Below, piece by piece: positions 15,364 to 23,933 of a DNA stretch of 24,993 nucleotides (its first letter is position 1; each line of letters begins with the position of its first letter). The position numbers and the translations under genes are program-made. Origin of the DNA: a virus. Its lineage: Duplodnaviria > Heunggongvirae > Uroviricota > Caudoviricetes. The notes beneath the pieces are model-generated. The model ran no database searches, was not told the origin of the DNA, and worked only from the letters and a program-made list of their open reading frames with translations. The stretch is taken from positions 1 to 24,993 of the IMG/VR virus record IMGVR_UViG_2778261537_000018, one strand, 5' to 3'.

Positions 15364-17187
15364 TTGAAATGTGCACTATTCCCAGCATTGAGTTGTACCA
15401 GATGTCTTTATGGAGGGACTGTGGCTTTTGTAACTGATATTCGGCTTGAAGATAATGCTATTGCTGCACCTGCGACAGCACAGGTTATGGCTCAGAGGCT
15501 AGGATCTGTATTACGTAAGAGATATGAAGAATTCATCCATAAAAGAGAGTGTGCACCAGGCCAAGCAGACTATGATGTAAAAATGGCTAGCAGGGCTTTA
15601 GCCGCATTCACTATGTATCAGTTAGGATGTGTGGATGATAAGTATGCAGGGGAGTCTGTATGTGATAGTAGTGAAGATGGTGGTATAGATGGAATAGCAA
15701 TCAACCATAACGAAAAAATCGTTGTTGTTGTTCAATCAAAATTTCACCAATCGGGAAACGGCACTTGGACAAGAGCCGATTTTATGTGTTTTAAGGATGC
15801 TTGTGAGAAGCTACAAAGTGAAAGATACGAATTATTTGATTCCATATTGCAAAATAAAAGCGGGGAAATAAGTGCGGCTTTAAGTAGTTTTGAATACAAG
15901 TTCATCTTTGCGATGGCGCATACAGGTAAAAAAGGTGCTGCAGAGGAAATATTAAATGATATGCGGGAATGGCAATATCAATTAAACGCTGCAGCTTTTA
16001 CACCTGAGGATGAGCCTAAAGAGAACTGGGGATTTCAGGTTCATTTAATATCCTCTGAAGATATGATGCATTGGTTACAGAATGGCTCTCGAAATCAAAT
16101 TGATCTTAACAGGGTTGAAATTGAGCGTTTTGGATTTTTGAATGAACCATATCAAGCTTTTTACGGGGCTATTAGTGGTGATCAAGTTGCAGAATGGTGG
16201 GAAGAGCATGGTGCTCGATTATTTACAAAAAACATAAGGAATATGCTTGGTAAAACAGAAGTGAATGAGGAAATAAAAAAGACAGCTATAGATAATCCTG
16301 ATATGTTTTGGTTTTATAATAATGGGATTACTGTACTGGTTAAGGAAGTTGTTCCTCATAGACGAAACGCAGCTCCTAATATAGAGAGAGGGATTTTTGA
16401 TTTTCGTGATGTAAGTGTCATTAATGGTGCACAAACAGTCAGTAGTATTGGCGCATGTAAAGATGCGCTTGGTGAAAACATATATAGACTCAAAGTGCCA
16501 GCTAGATTCATTGTTATAGATGATGATACTGATAATTTAACTGCAAATGCAATTACAAAAGCTAACAATTTCCAAAATAGAGTATTGGGAAGAGATTTTG
16601 CATCGCAGCAGGCAGATCAACATAGATTGGCAAGGGAGTTAGTGCTTGAAGGATATCAATATCAGTTACTAAGAACAGATGAAGATCATTCACAGACAAA
16701 TACGAAAGTCATTGACTTGGATGAGGCGCTCAATGCACTCGCATGTTTAAGTAAAAATAATACGGTTGTATCGACACTAAAATCAAATCGCGGTAGGTTT
16801 TTTGAAAATTTTGAAGGCTCTCTATATAAAACTATTTTCAATCCAAGATTAAGTGGTTTAAAACTTATCAATACTGTTCTACATTTTAGAGTTATAGATA
16901 AGTTGATCGGTAAAACATTACTATCAGTAGATAAAACGACCCATAGTCGCAAGCATTTAATTATTACGCATGGTAATAGATACTATGCGTCTGTACTATT
17001 GAGCAACGTTTCTGGGATACATAATAGCTCAGAAATTCTTGTTCCAGATGAAAAAAATCTTTCCGAAGAATTAAGTGCATTAATTCAACGTGCTGAAGAG
17101 TACATTGAAGATAATTACCCGAATGCCTATCCGGCAAGATTTTTTGCAAATCCAACGAAAATACAAGAGTTATACGATAATGTTTAA
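15364..17187 (+). CDS. AIPR-like putative abortive-infection protein with N-terminal PD-(D/E)xK-like motif
   Basis: Long AT-rich ORF between repA and the portal gene (the P2 old/tin cargo position). N-terminal DGGIDGIAI...VVVVQSKF resembles a PD-(D/E)xK (Mrr-like) core; FWFYNNGITVLV and VINGAQT resemble AIPR-family motifs as I recall them. True start uncertain (in-frame TTG 15364, GTG 15421, ATG 15487). Confidence 0.5.
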   Translation: MKCALFPALSCTRCLYGGTVAFVTDIRLEDNAIAAPATAQVMAQRLGSVLRKRYEEFIHKRECAPGQADYDVKMASRALAAFTMYQLGCVDDKYAGESVCDSSEDGGIDGIAINHNEKIVVVVQSKFHQSGNGTWTRADFMCFKDACEKLQSERYELFDSILQNKSGEISAALSSFEYKFIFAMAHTGKKGAAEEILNDMREWQYQLNAAAFTPEDEPKENWGFQVHLISSEDMMHWLQNGSRNQIDLNRVEIERFGFLNEPYQAFYGAISGDQVAEWWEEHGARLFTKNIRNMLGKTEVNEEIKKTAIDNPDMFWFYNNGITVLVKEVVPHRRNAAPNIERGIFDFRDVSVINGAQTVSSIGACKDALGENIYRLKVPARFIVIDDDTDNLTANAITKANNFQNRVLGRDFASQQADQHRLARELVLEGYQYQLLRTDEDHSQTNTKVIDLDEALNALACLSKNNTVVSTLKSNRGRFFENFEGSLYKTIFNPRLSGLKLINTVLHFRVIDKLIGKTLLSVDKTTHSRKHLIITHGNRYYASVLLSNVSGIHNSSEILVPDEKNLSEELSALIQRAEEYIEDNYPNAYPARFFANPTKIQELYDNV

Positions 17188-17190
17188 ACT

Positions 17191-17217
17191 AAAGGGAGGT
17201 TGCCTCCCTTTTTTTTA
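17191..17217. terminator. Rho-independent terminator between the AIPR-like gene and the portal gene (bidirectional candidate)
   Basis: aaAGGGAGGttgCCTCCCTttttttttt: 7-bp GC-rich stem (17193-17199 / 17203-17209), 3-nt loop, T-run 17209-17216; lies between convergent stops at 17187 and 17219. Confidence 0.6.
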
Positions 17218-17218
17218 A

Positions 17219-18244
17219 TTAGAAATGGTATTCTTGGAATTCAATAACACCTTCTTTTATGAAATTGTTTATTTCTTGTAATCTTTTTTGCAATGGCAAT
17301 AATTCATTACGTACAAATACTTTACTCGCCTTCTCTACATCTCCAAAGCCCCCGACATTATTAGGCATTATCCCCATCATTTGTGGCGGCACACGATGCG
17401 CCGCCATCATGTCGTCCCGGCTCACGTTCTTGATATTCAGGAACTCATCCTTCGCCGCCACTTCTGACAACGGGATAATCTGAAGCCCGTCCTTTTTACC
17501 GTTAGGCGAGTACATAAACAGGTTACGGAAGTTACCAGGACCTTTGGCGCTTTTCATCGCATTGCGGAGGTTGTTCACATCCTCCTGGTTCTGCGCTGCA
17601 TCGGTCATGTACATGATGAAGCCTGCATGACTGCCGTTAATGTAATACTTGCGGCGGAACAGCGTGGCGGACTCGTTGAGCAAAGCGGATGGGATGGCAG
17701 AAAGATAGCCGGGCAGGCCGTAGATCTCCTGATTAATATCCGGTTCCATCAGATGAAAAATGCTGCCTTTCGTGAACTGATACGGCTGGGTTGTCATACC
17801 GTATTGCACAAACCAGTAGGTATCCAGGTCTAACCCGCGTCGGGTGTATTTTGCCAGAGCAGGCTCAAGGGCGATAACTTCACCGAAGCGGTTCGTGCGT
17901 TTCTCCAGGTAGGCGTTACCAAATACCAGATAGTCCTGCACAAAACGTGAAAAATCCTGCTGGCTGAGCAGCGGGTGAGGGATGTAGGTACTGGTCAGAA
18001 TGTTGCATTTCACTGCAATCGGTGAACTGTGATGCACGGCGGCGCGGAAGGTGCGCGCCAGCCCGTCAAAGCTTACTGGCGGCTCATACCAGCGATCTGT
18101 CTGTACGCATTCCACATAGTCCAGCAGTTCGCGGCGGTCCAGAACAGGAACGGGATCACCGAAGCTGAATGCTTCGGCTGAAGTCTGGCTTTTATGCTGG
18201 ATCTGGTTCGTCGACGCAGCGCGGTTCTTCTTACTCTTTCCCAT
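17219..18244 (-). CDS. Phage portal protein (P2 gpQ family)
   Basis: About 341 aa, same size as P2 Q; directly downstream of and overlapping the terminase large subunit gene by 1 nt on the same strand; position matches the P2 Q-P arrangement. Confidence 0.8.
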   Translation of the reverse strand: MGKSKKNRAASTNQIQHKSQTSAEAFSFGDPVPVLDRRELLDYVECVQTDRWYEPPVSFDGLARTFRAAVHHSSPIAVKCNILTSTYIPHPLLSQQDFSRFVQDYLVFGNAYLEKRTNRFGEVIALEPALAKYTRRGLDLDTYWFVQYGMTTQPYQFTKGSIFHLMEPDINQEIYGLPGYLSAIPSALLNESATLFRRKYYINGSHAGFIMYMTDAAQNQEDVNNLRNAMKSAKGPGNFRNLFMYSPNGKKDGLQIIPLSEVAAKDEFLNIKNVSRDDMMAAHRVPPQMMGIMPNNVGGFGDVEKASKVFVRNELLPLQKRLQEINNFIKEGVIEFQEYHF

Positions 18245-20010
18245 CAAAAAATCTCCACAATATTGCTGGTATTGGCGGACTCGCCCTGCAGCGGTTCGTT
18301 AAACAGTGCGTGCATTGTTGCCCAGGCCAGATCCGCATGGCTGGCTTCTTCGCTGCGGCTGGCTTCATAGGTCGGGCGGTTGCCGCTGGCGGTGGTGGCG
18401 CGACGGATTGCCATAAATGACTGCGCTATGTCGGTGTGTCCGGCGTCAAACTCCAGACGGCGGTGACTGATAATGTCGTAGGCCTTGAGTACCAGGGCGT
18501 TTTTAACATTGGGGTTGTAGACAAACTCCCGGACGGCAGGAAAAAACGCTTTCACGTTCTCGTAAACCCCGTGACCGACGCCGGTTGAGTCGATACCGAT
18601 ATATGTCACGTTGTACTGTTCAGTCAGTTTTTTGATGGCGTCAGCCTGGGCGCGGAAGTCCATCCCGCGCCACTGGTGACGCTCAAGAATGCGGAACTTA
18701 CCACCCGGCACGGCTGGCGGAGCCACTACCACGCATCCGGCACTGTCGCCGTTCTGCGTACCTTTTGCCGGGTCATAACCGATCCACACTTCGCGCCAGC
18801 CAAACGGGCGCAGGGCCAGTGCATGAAAGTCGGTCCAGACTTCCCAGCTGTCCACCATGCACGCCTGCAGTTCGCTGAGCGGGAACACGGACGCGAGATC
18901 GTCCACGAACTCGCACATCAGCAGGTTCTGGTATTCGTCCGGGCTGTACTCCATGCGCAGCTGGTCGAGGTCGAACAGGTTACAGCCGCCGCGCACCGCA
19001 TCTTCCACGGTGACTATCTGGCGGTATTGCCCGTCTGCGCACAGCAGGCCGGGGGCCAGATTGCTGTGGGACAGGTCGATGTCCACCTTGTCAGCTTTGT
19101 TGCGTCCACGGTTGAACAGCGCACCGGACCAGAACGGATAAGCACTGTGGGTCAGGCTGGATGGCGTGGAAAAATAGGTTTGTCGCCATTTCTTGTGAAT
19201 AGCCATCCCGGAAGCCACTTTGCGCAGCTCCTGGAATTTCGGTATCCAGAAATATTCATCCAGATACAGGTTGCCGTGATAACTCTGGGCCGTGCGGGCA
19301 TTGGTGCCGAGGAAGTAAAGCGTGGCTCCGTTAGGAAGCACCATCGGATCGCCTTTTAGCTCCACCTCGACTTCTTTGGCGAAGTCGATGATGTATTGTT
19401 TAAAGACGTGGGCCTGAGCCTTACTGGCAGAAAGGAAAATCTGGTTACGTCCGGTAAGCAGGGCGTCAATCAGGGCTTCACGGGCAAAATAGAAGGTCGC
19501 GCCGATCTGGCGAGACTTCAGCAGGTTGCGGATACGGTTGGTTTTTCCGGCTTCCCACCAGTGGCGCTGGTAGTTGAACATGGAGGAATGGAAGATTTCT
19601 TCCAGCTTCTCAATCTGCTCATCGGTGAAAACATTCTTTTCCGGCTGACGGCGTGGGCCTTTATTGCGGTTGGCGACGTTAGGGTTTAAGTCGGCTTCGT
19701 TGCCGCCATTGTTAAACTTGCCGATCCGCGCGTGGCGCTCAGACTGGCGCGCCAGCAGGTCAATCTCTTTGAAATCTTTCCCTTCTTTGTGCTCCTTCAT
19801 GATGAGCTGGCAGTAGCGTGCGGCGGTGGTGAGCTGCATCTGATCCAGCGGCCCATAGTCACCCCACTTGTCGCGTTTTTTCCAGCTGTGAACGGTTGCA
19901 ACTTTCTCGCCCAGCATTTCAGCAATGCGGGCTACGCGGTATCCCTGAAAGTACAGCAGCATGGCCTGCCGACGGGGATCGAGATCTGCGGGTGTCAGTG
20001 TGGTGTTCAT
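18244..20010 (-). CDS. Terminase large (ATPase) subunit (P2 gpP family)
   Basis: 588 aa, the size of P2 P; divergent from the scaffold gene as in P2 (Q-P leftward, O-N-M-L rightward). Confidence 0.8.
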   Translation of the reverse strand: MNTTLTPADLDPRRQAMLLYFQGYRVARIAEMLGEKVATVHSWKKRDKWGDYGPLDQMQLTTAARYCQLIMKEHKEGKDFKEIDLLARQSERHARIGKFNNGGNEADLNPNVANRNKGPRRQPEKNVFTDEQIEKLEEIFHSSMFNYQRHWWEAGKTNRIRNLLKSRQIGATFYFAREALIDALLTGRNQIFLSASKAQAHVFKQYIIDFAKEVEVELKGDPMVLPNGATLYFLGTNARTAQSYHGNLYLDEYFWIPKFQELRKVASGMAIHKKWRQTYFSTPSSLTHSAYPFWSGALFNRGRNKADKVDIDLSHSNLAPGLLCADGQYRQIVTVEDAVRGGCNLFDLDQLRMEYSPDEYQNLLMCEFVDDLASVFPLSELQACMVDSWEVWTDFHALALRPFGWREVWIGYDPAKGTQNGDSAGCVVVAPPAVPGGKFRILERHQWRGMDFRAQADAIKKLTEQYNVTYIGIDSTGVGHGVYENVKAFFPAVREFVYNPNVKNALVLKAYDIISHRRLEFDAGHTDIAQSFMAIRRATTASGNRPTYEASRSEEASHADLAWATMHALFNEPLQGESANTSNIVEIF

Positions 20011-20152
20011 GGCACAAACCTACAGCCTTGAATGAAGGCTTTCCCCGCCTGCGGTTTGTGTGGTTGTCGGTACAAATACCGCGCATTGTTTCACTGCCCC
20101 CATCACCGCAACCATAAGGCTCCAGTAAGTTTTTTCTAACGGAGCACGGCTC

Positions 20153-20986
20153 ATGACAGTGAAAGCAAAGCGTTTTCGCATCGGGGTGGAAGGTGCCACC
20201 ACCGACGGACGCGAAATCCAGCGTGAATGGCTGGAACAGATGGCAGCCAGCTACAACCCGGCGGTGTATACCGCGCTGATTAACCTTGAGCACATCAAGT
20301 CTTATCTGCCGGACAGCACCTTTAACCGCTACGGCAAGGTGACGGCGCTGTTTGCTGAAGAAATCACGGAAGGTCCGCTGGCAGGCAAGATGGCGCTGTA
20401 TGCCGACGTTGAGCCAACGGAGTCCCTGGTGGAGCTGGTGAAAAAAGGCCAGAAATTATTCACCTCTATGGAAGTCAGCCCGAAGTTTGCTGATACGGGC
20501 AAAGCCTACCTGGTCGGCCTGGCTGCCACTGATGATCCAGCCAGTCTGGGTACGGAAATGCTGACATTCAGCGCCAGTGCAGCCCATAACCCGCTGGCAA
20601 GCCGCAAGCAGAATCCTGCCAATCTCTTTACCGCTGCAGAGGAAACGGTGATCGAACTGGAAGAAATCCAGGATGACAAACCGTCCCTGTTTGCCCGTGT
20701 CACGGCGCTGTTCACCAAAAAAGAGCAGTCCGATGATGCCCGGTTCTCTGATGTGCATAAGGCCGTGGAGCTGGTCGCCACTGAGCAGCAGAACCTGAGC
20801 GCACGCACCGAAAAATCCCTGTCTGAGCAGGAAGAACGCCTGTCTGAACTGGAGACTGCTCTGCAGGAGCAGCAAACCGCTTTTAACGAACTGGTGAATA
20901 AGCTGAGTCATGAAGACAGCCGCCAGGACTACCGCCAGCGTGCAACAGGCGGTAACGCCCCCGCTGACACTCTGACCAATTGCTGA
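20153..20986 (+). CDS. Capsid scaffolding protein (P2 gpO family)
   Basis: 277 aa; N-terminus ...RFRIGVEGATTDGREIQREWLEQMAASYNP...INLEH resembles P2 gpO (FRIGVEG.T.DGR...INLEH); GGAG 8 nt upstream of ATG. Confidence 0.8.
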   Translation: MTVKAKRFRIGVEGATTDGREIQREWLEQMAASYNPAVYTALINLEHIKSYLPDSTFNRYGKVTALFAEEITEGPLAGKMALYADVEPTESLVELVKKGQKLFTSMEVSPKFADTGKAYLVGLAATDDPASLGTEMLTFSASAAHNPLASRKQNPANLFTAAEETVIELEEIQDDKPSLFARVTALFTKKEQSDDARFSDVHKAVELVATEQQNLSARTEKSLSEQEERLSELETALQEQQTAFNELVNKLSHEDSRQDYRQRATGGNAPADTLTNC

Positions 20987-21002
20987 TGGAGCACAAAACC
21001 TG

Positions 21003-22061
21003 ATGAAGAAGAATACCCGCTTTGCTTTTAACGCTTACCTGCAGCAGCTGGCGCGTCTGAACGGTGTGGCAGTTGAAGAACTGTCCAGCAAGTTCACCGT
21101 GGAGCCGTCTGTACAGCAGACGCTGGAAGACCAGATCCAGCAGTCCGCCGCTTTCCTGACGCTGATTAACGTCACGCCAGTGACTGAGCAGTCCGGTCAG
21201 CTGCTGGGGTTGGGTGTTGGCAGCACCATTGCCGGAACCACTGATACCACCGCGAAAGAGCGTGAACCTGTCGATCCGACGCTGATGGTCGATGTGGAAT
21301 ACAAATGCGAGCAGACCAACTTTGACACGGTGCTGACCTACGCGAAGCTGGACCTGTGGGCGAAATTTCAGGATTTCCAGGTGCGTATCCGTGACGCCAT
21401 CGTGAAACGTCAGGCACTGGACCGCATCATGATCGGCTTTAACGGCGTGAAGCGTGCGAAAACCTCCAACCGTAGTGAAAACCCGCTGCTACAGGATGTG
21501 AACAAAGGCTGGCTGCAGAAAATCCGTGAGGATGCACCGGATCACGTCATGGGCAGCACCACCACGGGCGGCGAAACCACACCGGGTGCGGTGAAAGTCG
21601 GGAAAGGTGGCGAATATGCCAACCTGGACGCTGTGGTGATGGATGCGGTCAATGAGCTTATCGACGTGGTCTACCAGGACGATGACGATATGGTGGTGAT
21701 TTGCGGTCGTGAACTGCTGTCTGACAAGTATTTCCCGCTGGTCAACAAAGAGCAGGAAAACAGTGAAAAACTGGCAGCCGATATGATTATCAGTCAGAAA
21801 CGCATGGGCGGTCTGCAGGCCGTGCGTGCGCCGTTCTTCCCGCCGAATGCGCTGCTGATCACCCGTCTGGATAACTTGTCCATCTACTGGCAGGAAGACA
21901 CCCGCCGCCGTTCAGTTATCGACAACCCGAAACGTGACCGGATTGAAAACTTTGAATCCGTTAATGAAGCCTATGTGGTTGAGGACTACCGCTGCGCCGC
22001 ACTGGTGGAAAACATCCAGATTGGTGATTTCAGCACCGCCGCAGCCGAAACCGGAGCGTAA
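21003..22061 (+). CDS. Major capsid protein (P2 gpN family)
   Basis: 352 aa; ...TRFAFNAYLQQLARLNGV...KFTVEPSVQQTL...GFNGVKRA...VGKGGEYANLDA...IISQKR...IGDFS closely matches P2 gpN as I recall it. Confidence 0.85.
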   Translation: MKKNTRFAFNAYLQQLARLNGVAVEELSSKFTVEPSVQQTLEDQIQQSAAFLTLINVTPVTEQSGQLLGLGVGSTIAGTTDTTAKEREPVDPTLMVDVEYKCEQTNFDTVLTYAKLDLWAKFQDFQVRIRDAIVKRQALDRIMIGFNGVKRAKTSNRSENPLLQDVNKGWLQKIREDAPDHVMGSTTTGGETTPGAVKVGKGGEYANLDAVVMDAVNELIDVVYQDDDDMVVICGRELLSDKYFPLVNKEQENSEKLAADMIISQKRMGGLQAVRAPFFPPNALLITRLDNLSIYWQEDTRRRSVIDNPKRDRIENFESVNEAYVVEDYRCAALVENIQIGDFSTAAAETGA

Positions 22062-22064
22062 TCC

Positions 22065-22715
22065 ATGAGCCTGAGTCCCGCACGGCAGCATCGCCTGCGC
22101 GTTCAGGCTGAACAGGCCGCCCGCGAGGGCGGCAGTGTTCGCCACGCATCGGGCTATGACCTGATGCTGCTGCAACTGGCGGAAGACCGCCGCCGTCTCA
22201 AGGGCGTTCAGTCCACGGTCAAAAAAGCGGAAATCAAGGTGGAGCTGCTGCCGAAGTACGCCGCCTGGGCAGAGGGGGTCCTGGCTGCCGGAGGCGCTCA
22301 ACAGGATGACGTGCTGATGTACGTGATGCTGTGGCGCATTGATGCCGGAGATTATGCCGGGGCGCTGGAGATCGGGCGTCATGCCCTGCGTCATGGCTGG
22401 GTGATGCCGCTGGGTAACCGCAACGTGCAGACCGTGCTGGCAGAGGAAATGGCAGACGCCGCGCAGAGCGCAATGCTTGCCGCCACCGGCTTTGATGCCG
22501 ATCTGTTGTTGCAGACGCTGGAGCTGACAGACGGTCTGGATATGCCGGACCAGTCACGGGCGCGTCTGCATAAAGCGATTGGCGCTGTCCTGAGTGAAAG
22601 CAATCCGGCTTCCGCCCTTAATCATCTCAACCATGCGTTACAGCTCGATCCCCGCTGTGGCGTGAAAAAAGACAAACAGCAGCTGGAGCGCAGACTGCGC
22701 AATGACAGCCGCTGA
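22065..22715 (+). CDS. Terminase small/endonuclease subunit (P2 gpM family)
   Basis: 216-aa ORF immediately after the capsid gene; assignment by synteny (O-N-M-L) and size, with weak sequence recollection. Confidence 0.65.
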   Translation: MSLSPARQHRLRVQAEQAAREGGSVRHASGYDLMLLQLAEDRRRLKGVQSTVKKAEIKVELLPKYAAWAEGVLAAGGAQQDDVLMYVMLWRIDAGDYAGALEIGRHALRHGWVMPLGNRNVQTVLAEEMADAAQSAMLAATGFDADLLLQTLELTDGLDMPDQSRARLHKAIGAVLSESNPASALNHLNHALQLDPRCGVKKDKQQLERRLRNDSR

Positions 22716-22810
22716 CAGAACGTGCCCCCGCGCACGGGCGGCACGGGGTGGCGAAAGGCACTGCCACATCAAAACCCCGTCCACCGCCCTCTATTTCAGG
22801 AGAAAGCAGC

Positions 22811-23014
22811 ATGAAGTTTGTTGCGCCAGAACAGGCACCGGAACAGGCGGAAATCATCAGAAATACGCCGTTCTGGCCTGATGTGGACCTGTCGGAGTTT
22901 CGCAGTGTCATGCGCACTGACGGCACGGTGACGCAGCCGCGTTTAAAGCAGGTTGACGGTTTTACAACCAGTATTGAACTCGAAGTGAAGATTGATGATC
23001 TTGAAATGGAGTAA
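22811..23014 (+). pseudogene. Truncated head completion/stabilisation gene (P2 gpL N-terminal fragment)
   Basis: ATG 22811 with AGGAGA SD; MKFVAPEQ...FWPDVDLSEFRSVMRTDGTVTQPRL matches the gpL N-terminus; ORF ends after 67 aa whereas gpL is about 169 aa; the next gene is ogr, so the intervening morphogenetic genes are deleted. Confidence 0.5.
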
Positions 23015-23082
23015 AGTGTTCTCAATATTGATATTTTGTGTATCATTACAATGATTCTGATAGCAAAGGTAGGGATCTGGAT

Positions 23083-23301
23083 ATGATGAATTGTCCAAAG
23101 TGTGGTCATGCGGCACACACAAGGAGCAGTTTTCAAGTAACTGAAAGCACCAAAGAGCGTTACTGCCAGTGCCAAAATATTAACTGCGGGAGTACTTTTG
23201 TTACCCATGAAACAGTGGTCCGGTTTATTGTGACACCCGCACTGATTGCTACTGCTCCTCCACATCCATTGCCAGGTGGTCAGGGGCATATGAATTTTTG
23301 A
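23083..23301 (+). CDS. Ogr/Delta/B-family zinc-finger late-gene transcriptional activator
   Basis: 72 aa from ATG 23083: MMNCPKCGHAAHTRSS...TKERYCQCQNINCGSTFVTHETVVRFIV...PHPLPGGQ, near-colinear with P2 Ogr (CPLCQHAAHARTS...KERYHQCQNVNCSATF...PHPLPSGQ). Confidence 0.8.
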   Translation: MMNCPKCGHAAHTRSSFQVTESTKERYCQCQNINCGSTFVTHETVVRFIVTPALIATAPPHPLPGGQGHMNF

Positions 23302-23327
23302 GAAAGAGAACCTGCTACGGCAGGTTT

Positions 23328-23810
23328 TTATTCATCTGGGATCTCACCCGTTTCAAGAAAATGTATAAAGCCAGGCTCATCTATGATGATTGTGCCTTTC
23401 ATCCTGGCTGCCGATACTTTTGATGGGCCTGCATTGTAACCGCAACAGAGCATCTGAAGGCTTTGGGTTACAGAGGTTCTTACCGTTAATCCTTGTTCAT
23501 TCGCCTTATCAACCAATCTTTCTTTATCTGCTTTCTTAAATCCGGTGAAACACACATCGAATGTATTTTTTTTCGGACCAGACTGCTTGGTGAGATGTGA
23601 GTAGTTTTCGGGGAGGAATGACGCGCACTCCTGAATGGCTTGTTCTGGTGAATCGTACTGTTTAAGAATGCGGTCTTTTCGGAAGGTTTTTATTCGATCG
23701 GTGTTCTTACAAATGCCCTGTATATGATTTTCGCTATAACTGATGCTCTGTATAGAGTGAACACCGATACGACCATTTGCATTGATGTAAACAAAGTGAA
23801 GTTCTTCCAT
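23328..23810 (-). CDS. Small WYL-like / BRCT-domain protein, function unknown
   Basis: 160-aa AT-rich ORF between ogr and ssrA. C-terminal 75 aa fit a BRCT fold pattern (CFTGF...RLV...GLTVRTSVTQSLQMLCCGYNAGPSKVSAARMKGTIIIDEPGF, compare LigA BRCT VLTGSL...[41 protein letters not shown]). N-terminal part has an R-x-F-R-x-D-R-I-like motif (KTFRKDRI) reminiscent of WYL domains. Confidence 0.4.
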   Translation of the reverse strand: MEELHFVYINANGRIGVHSIQSISYSENHIQGICKNTDRIKTFRKDRILKQYDSPEQAIQECASFLPENYSHLTKQSGPKKNTFDVCFTGFKKADKERLVDKANEQGLTVRTSVTQSLQMLCCGYNAGPSKVSAARMKGTIIIDEPGFIHFLETGEIPDE

Positions 23811-23864
23811 GTGAAACCTCTTTGCATGATTTCAAGATGGCGACAGGCAAGATAGACGCAAAAG

Positions 23865-23887
23865 TCTGTCGCCATTTTGCCGCCACT
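23865..23887. repeat. 23-bp direct repeat, right copy, forming the 3' arm of a 10-bp inverted repeat
   Basis: tctgtcgccattttgccgccact identical to 5528-5550; atggcgacag (23837-23846) is the exact reverse complement of ctgtcgccat (23866-23875), giving a hairpin with a 19-nt loop. Confidence 0.8.
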
Positions 23888-23933
23888 ACTAAAGAAAAAG
23901 GGGCTACGCTTTCACGTAACCCCTTGATTTATT

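Larger units (their letters stand above)
5436..23933. mobile_element. P2/186-family prophage remnant (cryptic; tail and lysis genes missing) integrated at ssrA
   Basis: Bounded by the 45-bp ssrA direct repeats. Gene order int-cI-apl-cII...dam-repA...portal-terminase-scaffold-capsid-small terminase-truncated L-ogr matches P2/186 synteny; no tail, lysis or baseplate genes between the L fragment and ogr. Confidence 0.7.

Noticed and set aside
18169-20293. ORFs antisense to the portal/terminase genes (e.g. 18676-19359 +, 18857-19141 +, 19396-19689 +, 19732-20031 +, 19919-20293 -)
   Set aside because: Overlap the conserved terminase large-subunit CDS; GC-rich antisense frames commonly stay open; no start signals.
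20456-22603. ORFs antisense to the scaffold, capsid and small-terminase genes (20456-20911 -, 20506-20808 -, 21172-21417 -, 21912-22394 -, 22234-22557 -, 22391-22603 -)
   Set aside because: Contained in well-supported structural genes on the opposite strand; Arg/Ala/Pro-rich translations consistent with antisense of GC-rich coding sequence.
22627-23289. 220-aa minus-strand ORF spanning the M 3' end, the truncated L gene and ogr
   Set aside because: Antisense to three independently supported features including the highly recognisable Ogr zinc-finger gene; Cys-rich low-complexity translation; no SD.
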